Positions 15,507 through 26,500 of a stretch of DNA of 34,897 nucleotides are shown here, piece after piece. The notes beneath the pieces are model-generated. The model was not told where the DNA came from. It did no database searches and saw nothing but the letters and a program-made list of their open reading frames with translations. This stretch comes from a virus. Its lineage: Duplodnaviria; Caudoviricetes. Both the position numbers and the translations under genes were made by a program. Numbering within the stretch: the stretch's first letter is position 1; every line of letters starts with the position of its first letter. Location: IMG/VR virus record IMGVR_UViG_3300012667_000098, positions 1 through 34,897 of that record, one strand, 5' to 3'.

Positions 15507-16577
15507 ATGTCAAGAATTTTAAGAGTAAGCGAAGGTGATTATAGAGTCCAGGTACAGACTGGAGGTATTATCACTTTGGATACCGGATCTGAAACCGGCA
15601 AGGTTGTCGTTACAGGTGACTTAGAAATACAAGGTAACACCACGACAGTCAGTACAGCTAACTTAGCGATTGAAGACAACACTATCCTACTTAACAAAGG
15701 TGAATCTCTTACACACGCAGGTATTACCGAAGGTACTGCTGGTGTTGACATTTCTAGAGGATCTCGCCCAGTAGCAAAATTAGTATTTGACGAATCGATA
15801 CAATGGTATGATCCGGCAACTAGCGGTCAGGTAACTGGCGCATGGGTATTTAGAACAGGCGGTGCTCGCTATAACACAGACGGCACTTTATCGGGAACAG
15901 TCGACCCAATTAAAACAGCAGGTATTCGTGTAGCTTCTATTGCTAACGACGGCACTACTGATTTAGTATTTGACTTACAGAATTCAACAAAAGTATTGTT
16001 AGTAGGTAACAGTACAAACTACGAAGCTCGAGTAGTATTAAACAATCACATTCCTAACAGAAAGTATGTTCATGACTATGTAGCTGCCACAGGCGGTGTA
16101 GCTGATGTAGACACAATTTATAAAGAAGATATATACGGCACAGAAATGGCTCGTGTTAGAACCAATGCAATTGGTAGTAACGGATCAGTTACTGTATTAA
16201 TTGAAGAAACGCTACTGTGTACATTTGCTTCTTCTGGACTAACATTCCAGAACAACATTAATATTAACAACAACACTATTACAAACTTCTCCGTTGATAA
16301 TTTAATATTATCAGCGCAAGGTAGCGGTACAGTAGAAGTTGATGCATTCTTACAACTAGATGACAGGTCAACAATTACAACTCCTGATCCGTTGACAGTA
16401 TCATTGCCTACAAATTATAGCGGTCCTGTACTATTTTCTAGTACAGTTAGAGGCGCAGGCAAAACTGGTATATACTTTGTTAGAGAAAGATTAGCCGATG
16501 ACGGCAGCGCAACAGAACAAGTTAACGACGAACTAGTTGCAAAGAATAGAGCACTACTATTCAGTATGATATTTTAA
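15507..16577 (+). CDS. Virion structural / fibre-like protein
   Basis: VVVTGDLEIQGNTTTVSTANLAIEDNTILLNKG is typical of phage fibre/baseplate beta-repeats. AAGGA RBS. Confidence 0.6.
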   Translation: MSRILRVSEGDYRVQVQTGGIITLDTGSETGKVVVTGDLEIQGNTTTVSTANLAIEDNTILLNKGESLTHAGITEGTAGVDISRGSRPVAKLVFDESIQWYDPATSGQVTGAWVFRTGGARYNTDGTLSGTVDPIKTAGIRVASIANDGTTDLVFDLQNSTKVLLVGNSTNYEARVVLNNHIPNRKYVHDYVAATGGVADVDTIYKEDIYGTEMARVRTNAIGSNGSVTVLIEETLLCTFASSGLTFQNNININNNTITNFSVDNLILSAQGSGTVEVDAFLQLDDRSTITTPDPLTVSLPTNYSGPVLFSSTVRGAGKTGIYFVRERLADDGSATEQVNDELVAKNRALLFSMIF

Positions 16578-16586
16578 GGACACATA

Positions 16587-16928
16587 ATGGCAATTTATAA
16601 CACATCGATTACTACATCGGCAGCAGAATTGAGTAGCGGTTCTGGTAATCGTGCAATTACTACTGTTATTGTATGTAACACAGCAACATATAACCCTGCT
16701 AGTCCAACTAGCGGACTAACATACTTGTATTTGTATGCAGTTCCAAGCGGCGGTAGCGCAAGTAGTCCTGACACTAATACTACTATCGTAAATAAACTTC
16801 CTATTCCTGCAGGAGAAACTGTAACTTTTGATCAAGAAAAGATGGTACTAGGCACAGGTGATATGCTAGTTGGTAAAAGCGAAAGCCCTGCAAATCTAGT
16901 AGTAACAGTGAGCACATTGGCAGTATAA
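16587..16928 (+). CDS. Small beta-sandwich virion protein (113 aa), paralogue of 19828..20160
   Basis: Shares TVI...N and IP..(E/Q)(T/S)......(K/R).VLG with the 110-aa gene. Confidence 0.6.
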   Translation: MAIYNTSITTSAAELSSGSGNRAITTVIVCNTATYNPASPTSGLTYLYLYAVPSGGSASSPDTNTTIVNKLPIPAGETVTFDQEKMVLGTGDMLVGKSESPANLVVTVSTLAV

Positions 16929-17446
16929 TGAGATACTTAAGACAACAGAACATTAATCGTAGAGCGCCGTATGATCAGCGTCTTTATGTAGACATGACTG
17001 ATAGTATTGTCATGACAACTACAAATAACATGCTTATGCCTAAAGGCACAACAGCAGAGCGTCCAGTTAGCCCAGTTAACGGAATGATTCGTTACAATAC
17101 TGATATTGTAACAGATGGAGAAGTTGAAGTATACCACAGCGGTACTTGGAGAAGCTTGCGCTTCAAAGAGTCTACAGGTATTACTCAACAGAATTTAGGT
17201 AACGGTGATGCAGTTGAAACATACTTTGGTCCATTGAGCCCTGCACCTCCTACTCAAGTTGCTAGCAATACAACATGGGGTGGACAGAACTTGATCGTAG
17301 TTGTTGAGAATGTGCTTCAACTATTCAATACTAACTATACCATTGTACAAGATCCAGTAGGTAAACCATCAGGTTACTATGTATCTTTCGACTCACCTGT
17401 ACCATTAGGTAAACCAGTTACAGTACTACACGGTTTCGATCAGTAA
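16928..17446 (+). CDS. Virion structural protein
   Basis: PKGTTAERP...GMIRYNTD...EVY..GTW module, then GNG....F...VVVENVLQ...Y...F..PVP.G beta module. Confidence 0.6.
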   Translation: MRYLRQQNINRRAPYDQRLYVDMTDSIVMTTTNNMLMPKGTTAERPVSPVNGMIRYNTDIVTDGEVEVYHSGTWRSLRFKESTGITQQNLGNGDAVETYFGPLSPAPPTQVASNTTWGGQNLIVVVENVLQLFNTNYTIVQDPVGKPSGYYVSFDSPVPLGKPVTVLHGFDQ

Positions 17447-17460
17447 ACTAAGGAGTCGTC

Positions 17461-18630
17461 ATGTCAAGACAACTTGGTAGAATTAGCGGTCCGTTACTAT
17501 CAGCAGACTTACAGCGTGATGGCGTTAACCTTGCCTTTGAAACTGACTTATTATACCTTAGCGTAGATGCAGTTGACGGCGGCGGCGCATTAGATTCTAC
17601 TAAATTCCGCATTGGTATTAATAGTGATGCTATTCCTATTGATAGTGCTTTATTTGTTAACGACACGATTCGTAGTACAAATTTAATTACTACGACTCAG
17701 TTTACAGTACCAAACTTTTCAATCACTACAGATACAATCCAGCAACTTACTGGTACATTGTATATTCAACCTAATCAAGCAGACAATCCTACAATTACCG
17801 CAGTAGCATTAGGTACTTCAAGATTGCGCTTTGACAACAACGAAATCTTAAATGCCACTATAGATAGTGATATTAATTTTAGTCCAGTTGGTACTGGCAT
17901 TACTAATATTCGCAACAGCGTAGAAGTGTTAGGTAGTTTACATGCTACAGGTAACATCACATGGGACGGCGATATTACGCTGGGCAATAATGCCGATGAC
18001 AATATTACATTTGCATCGGATGTTAATAGCGACATTGTCCCAAACTATCCTTTAGATTTATTAACTACCGAACTAGCTGACTCTTTAGCTACTGAAGGTG
18101 GAGACTTTATTGTTAATGAAGTTTTAGAATCTTATAATCTCGGTAGCGCCGTTAGAGTGTGGAATACTATCCACTCAAATATAGTAAACACTAGGTCAAC
18201 TTATGCTGACTTAACAAGTGTCACAACTATGACTGCTGGCAATTTTGTGTTTAACAATAACACAATAACAAATACTGTAAGTACAGAACCTATGTATCTT
18301 ACACCAAATGGTACCGGGCAAGTATTGTTTAACGACAATAACTATGTGCTCGGTAACAACTTTATTAATCAGGTTGACACTCCTTTTACTATTGCTAGTA
18401 CAGGGCAAGGGTATGTTAAGTTTACTGGCAATAAAGGTCTAGCAATTCCTATCGGCCCAACAATAGGAACAGAAGGCGCTGAACTCGGCATGATCAGATA
18501 CGACACCGATTTAGGATTCGCCCAAGTATTCAACGGCACTAACTGGGTATCTGCTATAGGTAGTTCAACATCAGTTAGTCTAGAAGATACTTATGATACA
18601 ATGGATATCTGGTCTCTTGTACTAGGTTAA
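17461..18630 (+). CDS. Fibre-like virion protein, paralogue of 18751..19824
   Basis: GRISGPLL...LAFETDLLY N-terminus, G.LHATG.I..DG.I.LG core and GMIRYDTD C-terminal module. Confidence 0.65.
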   Translation: MSRQLGRISGPLLSADLQRDGVNLAFETDLLYLSVDAVDGGGALDSTKFRIGINSDAIPIDSALFVNDTIRSTNLITTTQFTVPNFSITTDTIQQLTGTLYIQPNQADNPTITAVALGTSRLRFDNNEILNATIDSDINFSPVGTGITNIRNSVEVLGSLHATGNITWDGDITLGNNADDNITFASDVNSDIVPNYPLDLLTTELADSLATEGGDFIVNEVLESYNLGSAVRVWNTIHSNIVNTRSTYADLTSVTTMTAGNFVFNNNTITNTVSTEPMYLTPNGTGQVLFNDNNYVLGNNFINQVDTPFTIASTGQGYVKFTGNKGLAIPIGPTIGTEGAELGMIRYDTDLGFAQVFNGTNWVSAIGSSTSVSLEDTYDTMDIWSLVLG

Positions 18631-18643
18631 AAACCCAATCAGC

Positions 18644-18649
18644 TAAATA
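18644..18649 (+). promoter_or_regulatory. Late promoter TAAATA
   Basis: Intergenic, ~100 nt upstream of ATG 18751. Confidence 0.6.
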
Positions 18650-18650
18650 C

Positions 18651-18739
18651 TATACTGCAAAAGTTTGTCCAAAACTTTGCGATATCAAACTGTGGTAAAC
18701 CGGCAATGTAATCAGGTTAACCGTGAAACACGGGGTATA
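18651..18739 (+). promoter_or_regulatory. Structured 5' leader (multibranch)
   Basis: Closing stem TATACT/GGTATA encloses GCAAAAGTTT/AAACTTTGC, AACC/GGTT and CCGTG-AAA-CACGG. It ends 1 nt before AGGAG. Confidence 0.5.
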
Positions 18740-18750
18740 CAGGAGAGCTG

Positions 18751-19824
18751 ATGGCTGTTGGACGAATTTCCGGTCCGCTCTTAAAAGCAAATCTGCTACG
18801 CAAAGACTTAATGCCTCTTGCGGAACAGAACTTAGCTTTTGAGACCGACCTACTCTATATCGATGTTATTAACGGCCGAATTGGTGTTAAAACAACGGCT
18901 CCTGAATACGACTTAGATGTCGCAGGTACAACACGCACATCAAATTTAGAAGTAACTACTACCGCCACACTAGCAACATTTACGATTGTTGGCGATACAA
19001 TTAGCAGTACAAGTTCTAACATCAACCTTACTCCACAAGGTACAAATCCAGTAGTTTATCAAGGTACAATTATTGTTGATCAATTAAGCATCAACACTAA
19101 TACTATCGCTACGACTGGTACAAATACAAACTTAGAAATTACAACCACTGGTGTTGGTAAAGTAAACTTCAACTCCGATGTTGAAGTATACGGAGACTTA
19201 CACGCAACTGGTATAATTACTGCTGACGGGAACATCCAGTTAGGTGATGCAGATACTGATAACATTGTATTCAGCGGTGAAGTTGACAGTGATATTATTC
19301 CAAACATTGATAATACCTATAATTTAGGCTCAACTTTAAAGCGTTGGTACACTGTATATTCAAATGTTAACACAGTAACTACTACAAACAGTACTTACTT
19401 GTATACAGATAATTTTCAAACTAGCGGTATTGATATTACTGGAAATACTCTTACTACTAGAGTTACTAATGCAGATTTACACTTAACCACAAGCGGTACT
19501 GGCGGGGTTAGAATTGGCAATTTAAAGTTTTTAAATAATACAGTTACTAACATTTCAACTAACGCAATTACTGAATTTACAGAAACTGGCTCTGGGTATG
19601 TAAGAATTGCAGGTACTAACGGTGTAGTTATTCCAAGCGGCGCAAGTAATACTCGCCCGCAAATCGCATTCCAAGAAGTTGGAATGATTAGATTTAATAC
19701 AGATTTACAGTTAGTAGAAGTATTCAACGGCAATGGATGGACATCAGTTGCAGGTACATCAGGCGGTGTAACATTTAACGACGCAACAGAAATTGGTGTT
19801 GCAATGGTACTAACATTAGGATAA
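18751..19824 (+). CDS. Fibre-like virion protein, paralogue of 17461..18630
   Basis: Same architecture, plus GRIGVKTTAPEYDLDVAG and GMIRFNTD...EVFNGNGW. Confidence 0.65.
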   Translation: MAVGRISGPLLKANLLRKDLMPLAEQNLAFETDLLYIDVINGRIGVKTTAPEYDLDVAGTTRTSNLEVTTTATLATFTIVGDTISSTSSNINLTPQGTNPVVYQGTIIVDQLSINTNTIATTGTNTNLEITTTGVGKVNFNSDVEVYGDLHATGIITADGNIQLGDADTDNIVFSGEVDSDIIPNIDNTYNLGSTLKRWYTVYSNVNTVTTTNSTYLYTDNFQTSGIDITGNTLTTRVTNADLHLTTSGTGGVRIGNLKFLNNTVTNISTNAITEFTETGSGYVRIAGTNGVVIPSGASNTRPQIAFQEVGMIRFNTDLQLVEVFNGNGWTSVAGTSGGVTFNDATEIGVAMVLTLG

Positions 19825-19827
19825 AAC

Positions 19828-20160
19828 ATGGCAACCCTTTTTAAAAATAAATTATACTCAGAGCTAGGTACAGATAACACAACTGTGCTAACTACTGAGT
19901 CAAACGCAAAAACAACAGTTATCGGTTTAAGTTTAACTAACCTTACAGACAGTATTGTACTAGTAAGTGTACAACTTGAAGACACTATTAGCACGGACAT
20001 TGCATATTATGCTAAGGATGTGTTAATTCCACCTAATCAAAGTTTGCGTTTAATCAATGGCGGCGAGCGTTTAGTATTAGGACCGTCAACTAGTGTTAGG
20101 ATACAATCAAACACCGCAGACTCGTTAGATTTAGTAATGAGCTATGTTGAGATTGTTTAA
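19828..20160 (+). CDS. Small beta-sandwich virion protein (110 aa)
   Basis: TTVIGLSLTN and IPPNQSLRLINGGERLVLG; paralogue of 16587..16928. Confidence 0.6.
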   Translation: MATLFKNKLYSELGTDNTTVLTTESNAKTTVIGLSLTNLTDSIVLVSVQLEDTISTDIAYYAKDVLIPPNQSLRLINGGERLVLGPSTSVRIQSNTADSLDLVMSYVEIV

Positions 20161-20169
20161 GGATAGAAT

Positions 20170-20550
20170 ATGACATACTATGTAGGTAACGAAAACAGTT
20201 TAGCAGATTTATTAGGTGCAAACAATCCTAGATATTTCTACGCACTTCGCAGAACTGACGAAGGCGAACTATTCTTTGCAAAGATTGATCAACTTAAAGA
20301 TACTGATGATACTATTATCATCAATGATCCCGGACTAACTGAAAACAGTTATGAAGAATTTTCATACGGCACTGATTACTTTGACGGTCGTTTAGAAGAA
20401 GATCATTCTAGACCGTTTACTAACCTGCACTGGGATCAGTATCGCTGGGATAACAAAAACATTTATTACTACATTAATCCCAACGGAGAATTTGTAGTTA
20501 GAGTAAACAAAGAGTATGTTTACACACCAGAACAAATCGTTAGCATATAA
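20170..20550 (+). CDS. Hypothetical virion-associated protein (126 aa)
   Basis: FYALRRTDEGELF...YYINPNGEFVVRVN, AAGGA RBS, directly before the giant gene. Confidence 0.65.
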   Translation: MTYYVGNENSLADLLGANNPRYFYALRRTDEGELFFAKIDQLKDTDDTIIINDPGLTENSYEEFSYGTDYFDGRLEEDHSRPFTNLHWDQYRWDNKNIYYYINPNGEFVVRVNKEYVYTPEQIVSI

Positions 20551-20569
20551 GCATTAAGGACAAATAAAA

Positions 20570-23500
20570 ATGGCAGAATTTAAAATTGGTAGATTGCGCT
20601 TCACATGGAGAGGGCAATGGGCTACCGGAACATTTTACAACAGAGATGCTGTAAGTCAGTATAATGGCAAGACTTATGTATGTTTAGAACCTCATACATC
20701 TGGAGAGTTCTACGATGATTTAGCACACATTAACCAACAAGGTGCAAGTACCCCTTACTGGACATTAATGCTTGAAGGCAAAGAATGGAAGAGTGCTTGG
20801 GAACCAACAACATTTTATAGTTTAGGAAACATTGTAACCTACGGCGGTGTTGTTTATGTATGTACAGAACAACATACCAGCGGATCAGCGCAGATTGACC
20901 TAACCAAGTGGGACACATATTCTAGATTTGATAACTGGAACAATGCATGGGCAACAGCTACAGTATACGGCCTTGGCGACATTGTCAAGTACGGCGGCAT
21001 TGTTTACCGTTGTGTAACAAACCATCTTTCAGATGCATCCGTAACTGCTGGCTTAGAATCAGATCAAGCCAAGTGGGAAGTAGTTAACAATGGTATCGAC
21101 TATAAAGGTCTGTTCTCAACTTCTACTCGTTACAAGAAAAACGATCTAGTAAAGAACGGCGCAGACATGTATATCTGTTTAGCAGGACATACTGCATCAT
21201 CGTTTGATGTAACTAAATGGTCTACTTGGTTGCCTGGTTTAGATTTTGGCACAACATGGAATTCTGGAGCAACTTATCAAATTGGTGACTTGGTTATTTA
21301 CGGCGGTTACTCATATGTTTGCGTAACCTCTAATAACACTTCTAATATTCCGTCAACTAGCACTAGCGACTGGAACATTGTAACTGAAGGTTACTCAATG
21401 AAGAATGAGTGGGACGCTGGATCGTCTTACAAGATCGGTGATGTAGTTCGCCGTGGCGGCTTGCTATTTGTTGCAGTATCAGATAACACAAGCAAAGACC
21501 CATCTGGATTTAGTGTATCAACAACTTATGCTTCCGCTGGCAGTAGCGGAACTACTTTAGAAGTTGCTTCTACAGCCGGTATTGTACCGGGGATGATTGT
21601 TCACGGTGTTGGATACTTGCGCGGCCAAACAGTTGTGTCTGTAGTTGATAATACTACATTGGTAATTAGCGAAGGCCCGGACGGCGTAGCAGTCGATGGA
21701 GAAACTATTGCATTCATCGGTGTAAATTATGTATTCTGGACATTATCAGTCCCTAGCGTTGACTGGAAAAACTTCTGGGAATCAGACGTCGACTATGTAA
21801 TTGGAGATTTAGTAATCTGGGGTAACGGCACATACCGCTGTGTAAGTAACCACACTAGTGGTGAAGTATTCCGCCCTGACTTAGATACTGACAGACAGTA
21901 TTGGATTGACTATCTATTACATGCTAGAGAAAATGCAGGTAACTCTCAAGGTGACCTAGTAGCGTTCGACGGAACTTCCCCAGCGGCCATTGCAATTGGC
22001 CCTGAAGATTATCTATTAAGGATTAACACAGACTTGCCAGAGTGGGCAAAGATTTTAAAAGTTAATAAAGTTTTCTATGTAGCTACTGACGGTGTAGATG
22101 CTGACGACTACGGTGATACTTTAGATAAGCCGTATGCTTCTGTGCAGTACGCAACTACTAAAGTTTTAAACGGTACAGAGTTTCAAAATTCAAACGCATT
22201 ATTAAAAGCAAACAAAGAATGGCTAGTCGAAGAACTGTATCAATGGATGGTTTACCAGTCAGCAAATAATAATATTCCATTCTCAACTACTTCAGTATTT
22301 GATGAAACAGCATCTAAAAGAGATGCAAGATTAATCATCGATGCAATTTCGTATGACATGTCTAGAACTGGCAATAGTCAGATTGTTGCCGCAACAATTA
22401 AATATTTTGCTGACGGTAGCACTACTACATTCTACAATCAAGAAACTGATGACGCTCAAGACTATATTGTTGCATCATTAACTAAATTAAAAGAATTAAT
22501 GAATGCAGTGTTTGAAAATGATCAACCTGCATTTAACTACCAACAATTAAATGTAACATGGGATTCGGGAACAACATACGAAACTGATGATGTTGTATTC
22601 TTTGCTGGTAACTATTATATCAGTTTATTAGACAATAACACTGACAGCCAACCTGATGTATCAGAATCGTGGGAATTAACAACTGTTCCTACAACTGTAG
22701 TAGAACAAACAATTGACCTAGTAAATATTCCTGAAGGTGGATCAGTTGCTGAAATGACATCGTTAATGGATATTGTTATCACAGCAATTACTAATGCAAA
22801 TACTAGAACAGTTCCACAACCTAATCAAGGCATTACATCTACAATCTTTGTTAAGACAGGAACATACTCAGAAGATTTACCAATCATCTTACCAGAAAAC
22901 TGTGCGTTGTGCGGCGACGAACTTCGCGGCACAGTTATTCAACCTAAGAAGACAGTGTACACTTATACTACTTCTGCAAGAGCTTTAACTAACAGATTCA
23001 CATTGCATTCTACAGACGGTTTAGAAGTAGATATGCCAATTCAGTTTGTATCTGCAGGTATTAACGATGAGTTTAGCGAAATTATCATCGGACAAACTTT
23101 CTATGTATTAGAAATTGTTGGCAAGGAAATTACAGTATCAACAGAACCAGGCGGCAGCGAGTACGAACTAGTTTCAGGCACTGGCTTTATGACAGTATAT
23201 GCCGGCGATTGTTTGAAAGATATGATCTATGTTCGAAACGGTTCGGGTGTTCGTAACATGACATTAACTGGATTAGCCGGAACATTAACTGAGCTAAACA
23301 TTAACCTAACACGCAGACCTACTGGCGGAGCGTATGTATCATTAGATCCAGGTGCTGGGCCAGAAGATACTACAGTTTGGATTTTAAAGCGCTCGCCTTA
23401 TATCCAGAACGTCACAACATTCGGTGTTGGTGCAACAGGTCTTAAGATTGACGGAACATTGCATAACGGTGGCAACAAGTCTATCGTTTGTAACGACTTT

Positions 23501-26500
23501 ACACAAATTATCAGCGACGGTATCGGTGTATGGTGTACTGGTACTGGTTCACTAACTGAGTGTGTATCAGTGTTCTCATACTACAACTATGCTGGTTACC
23601 TAGCTGAAGACGGCGGCAGAATCCGTGCTACTAACGGTAACAGCTCTTACGGTGTGTACGGTTGTATTGCTGAAGGATTCGACGATACTGAAGTTCCTAT
23701 CGCCGGCGTTGTTGACAATCGATCAAGTCAAGTTCAAGCAAGTGTACAAAGCTCGTTTGGTGTTAGTGCTCAACTATTAAAGATGCAATATGCTAACGCA
23801 GGTTCTGGATACAATGAATCAACTACTAACTTATTAAAGAATAGTAATCACCTTGATGAAACTGTTTCGTGGACTAGCGATGGTAACTTAACAATCCAAC
23901 AGAATACTACTTCACCAAGCGGTTATGCCGATGGATGGACATTAACTGGTAACACTTCAACTACTGATTCAAGCTACTTATATCAAGACTTAGTAGTGGC
24001 AGCTCCAGGCGCTTCATATACTGCGCTACCAGGATTGAATGTAACAGGTTCTGGTATTGGCGCCGACTTTAATGTAACAGTAAACAGTACTTCATATGCA
24101 GTAACAGTTAACGAAGGCGGTTCTGGTTATGTTATTGGCAATCAAATTAGAGTATTAGGCAGCGCCCTTGGCGGCATTGACGGAACTAATGACTGTTTTG
24201 TAACAGTGGCTACATTGTCAGGAAGTTCTATCCTAACAGTAACAGTTACTGGTACAGTACCAGAAGGCAGCGCATTGCCTTACACATTTAGCATCTATGC
24301 AAAGCAAGGGTCATCAAACTCGTTTGATGTATACGCATCTTATAGCGGCTCTGTAGCAATGACAAGTTCTATCAACTATAATTTTGTCACAGGTAACTTT
24401 ACACCTGCTGCCACAGGTGGCGGCCTAGTTCCAACATCATATGGTAAATTAGAATTGCCAAACGGCTGGTATAGAATTTGGTTTACATTCTATGATAAGA
24501 ATGCATTAAACACTGCATTACAGATTAGACTATATCCAAGAGGTCGTGCTGCCCCTGCAGGTAGTACTAGATTCTATGGATCACAATTACAAATTAGTAC
24601 TAGCCCAACATTCTACTTAGAAACAACTGACACTCGTCACACTGCATTTGCTAACTATCGCATTGTCGGTGCTGGTACAGGCGCAGAAACTATTGGCGAC
24701 GAATTAAGAACAGGCGCAGTATTCCAGACTCGTGTTACTGAAGTTGGTTCAGGCCTAGGTGGCGCTGGCTACTTAACATCACAAAACAACGCCCAAGCAG
24801 GCGACGATGTATCAGTTACATTGTCTGGGTCTGATACTAATCTAGCAACAAACTATATTGGTATGCGTGTATTCTTAAACAGTGGTACAGGTGCTGGTCA
24901 GTACGGTTACATTAGTGCGTACGATGATGCAATTTCAAAAGTTGCACAAGTTCTAAAAGAATCTTTTGAACCGTTAGGTATTGTTGGATCTGATAGCACT
25001 GCTGATACGCTATCATTATCTCCTAGTTTTAATACATCTACATTGTATGAGAATCAACGAGTACAATTTATTCCAACTTACTATAACACAACTGTTAGCA
25101 GTACAGGTATTGACTCTATTACTGTTACTGCATCTACAGGCGGAACTGTTAATACATTGACAGTATCTAGCACAAAGAAACTAACTGCTAATATGCCTAT
25201 CAAGTTCTTTGGAACTACATTCGGCGGTGTTGTTACAGACTTTGTTTACTATATTAAAGAAATTGTTGACGATGTAACTATCACAGTGTCAACTGAAATC
25301 TTTGGAGCAGTTTGGTTATTGACTACATCATCTGGATCGTTCACTATGACGTTCCCAGGTTACAACAGTTATATTTCTGCTAGCACTTCTAACATGCAAG
25401 TGAACATGCCTGTACAATTTACAGGTTCTTCATTAGGTGGTATCAGCGTAGGTACAACTTACTATATTAACAGTATTGTCAACGCAAATACTTTTACTAT
25501 TAGCTCAACACTGGTTGAAATAGAAGCTACCGCATCAAACGCATCAACAAATGCGTTAACTACTGCGTCTACAGCATCACTAGTTCCGTTGAATCCAATT
25601 GTATTCTCAGGCGTAACTTTTGGAAATATTGTAGCAGGTACAACTTACTACATTAATAAAATTGTAAGCCCAGGTGCATTCACAGTAACTGATGCAATTA
25701 TTTCAGTCCAAGCAAGTGAAACTGCAATTTCAACAAACTTGATCACAGTTAACAGTACTGCTGGCTTTATTGCAAATAATCCAATTATATTCACAGGCAA
25801 CACATTTGGCGGCATTGTGAACGGAACTACTTACTATATTCTAGCGATTAACGATGATACTACTTTTACAATTAGTACAAGTCCTGGAGGTTCAGCGTTT
25901 AACTTAACATCAGCTACTGGTGATATGTTAACACGAACTACAGACGGCCCAGTAGTATTAACTACTGATACAGGATCTATGACTGGTTCTTCTACTAACG
26001 CTAAGACTTCATTATCATACGGCTTTGGCGCAATGAATGCAACATTCAGCACTAAACTATTTGGCAATGTTTTAGCAGGCACAACTTATTATGTTAGAAC
26101 TATCAACAGTGATTCATTTACTGTTAGTGAAACACTAGGTGGCGGAAACTTTGCACTAAAAACAGACGCAGGCGCAATGAATGTGGCAGCAGTTGGTTGG
26201 GATCATATTAATCCAGGTACCCCAATAGCAGACAACTTAGACAACTCAACAGTTTACTTTATCGAAGCTAGAACAATTTATAGTGCTCCACCATTCTTAC
26301 AAACTGCAACAGACATCAATGCTATTGCTCCAGGTACAGAGTGGATTAGCGTAGCTTATGGCAACGGAACTTTTATGGCACTGCCTAGCGGTAATGCAAC
26401 AGGCGGTATGTCTGTTAATGGTACTGATTGGGAAGCATTCACACTACCAGATATGCGTAGTTGGGTTGACCTTGCTTACGGTAATCACTACTGGGTTGCA

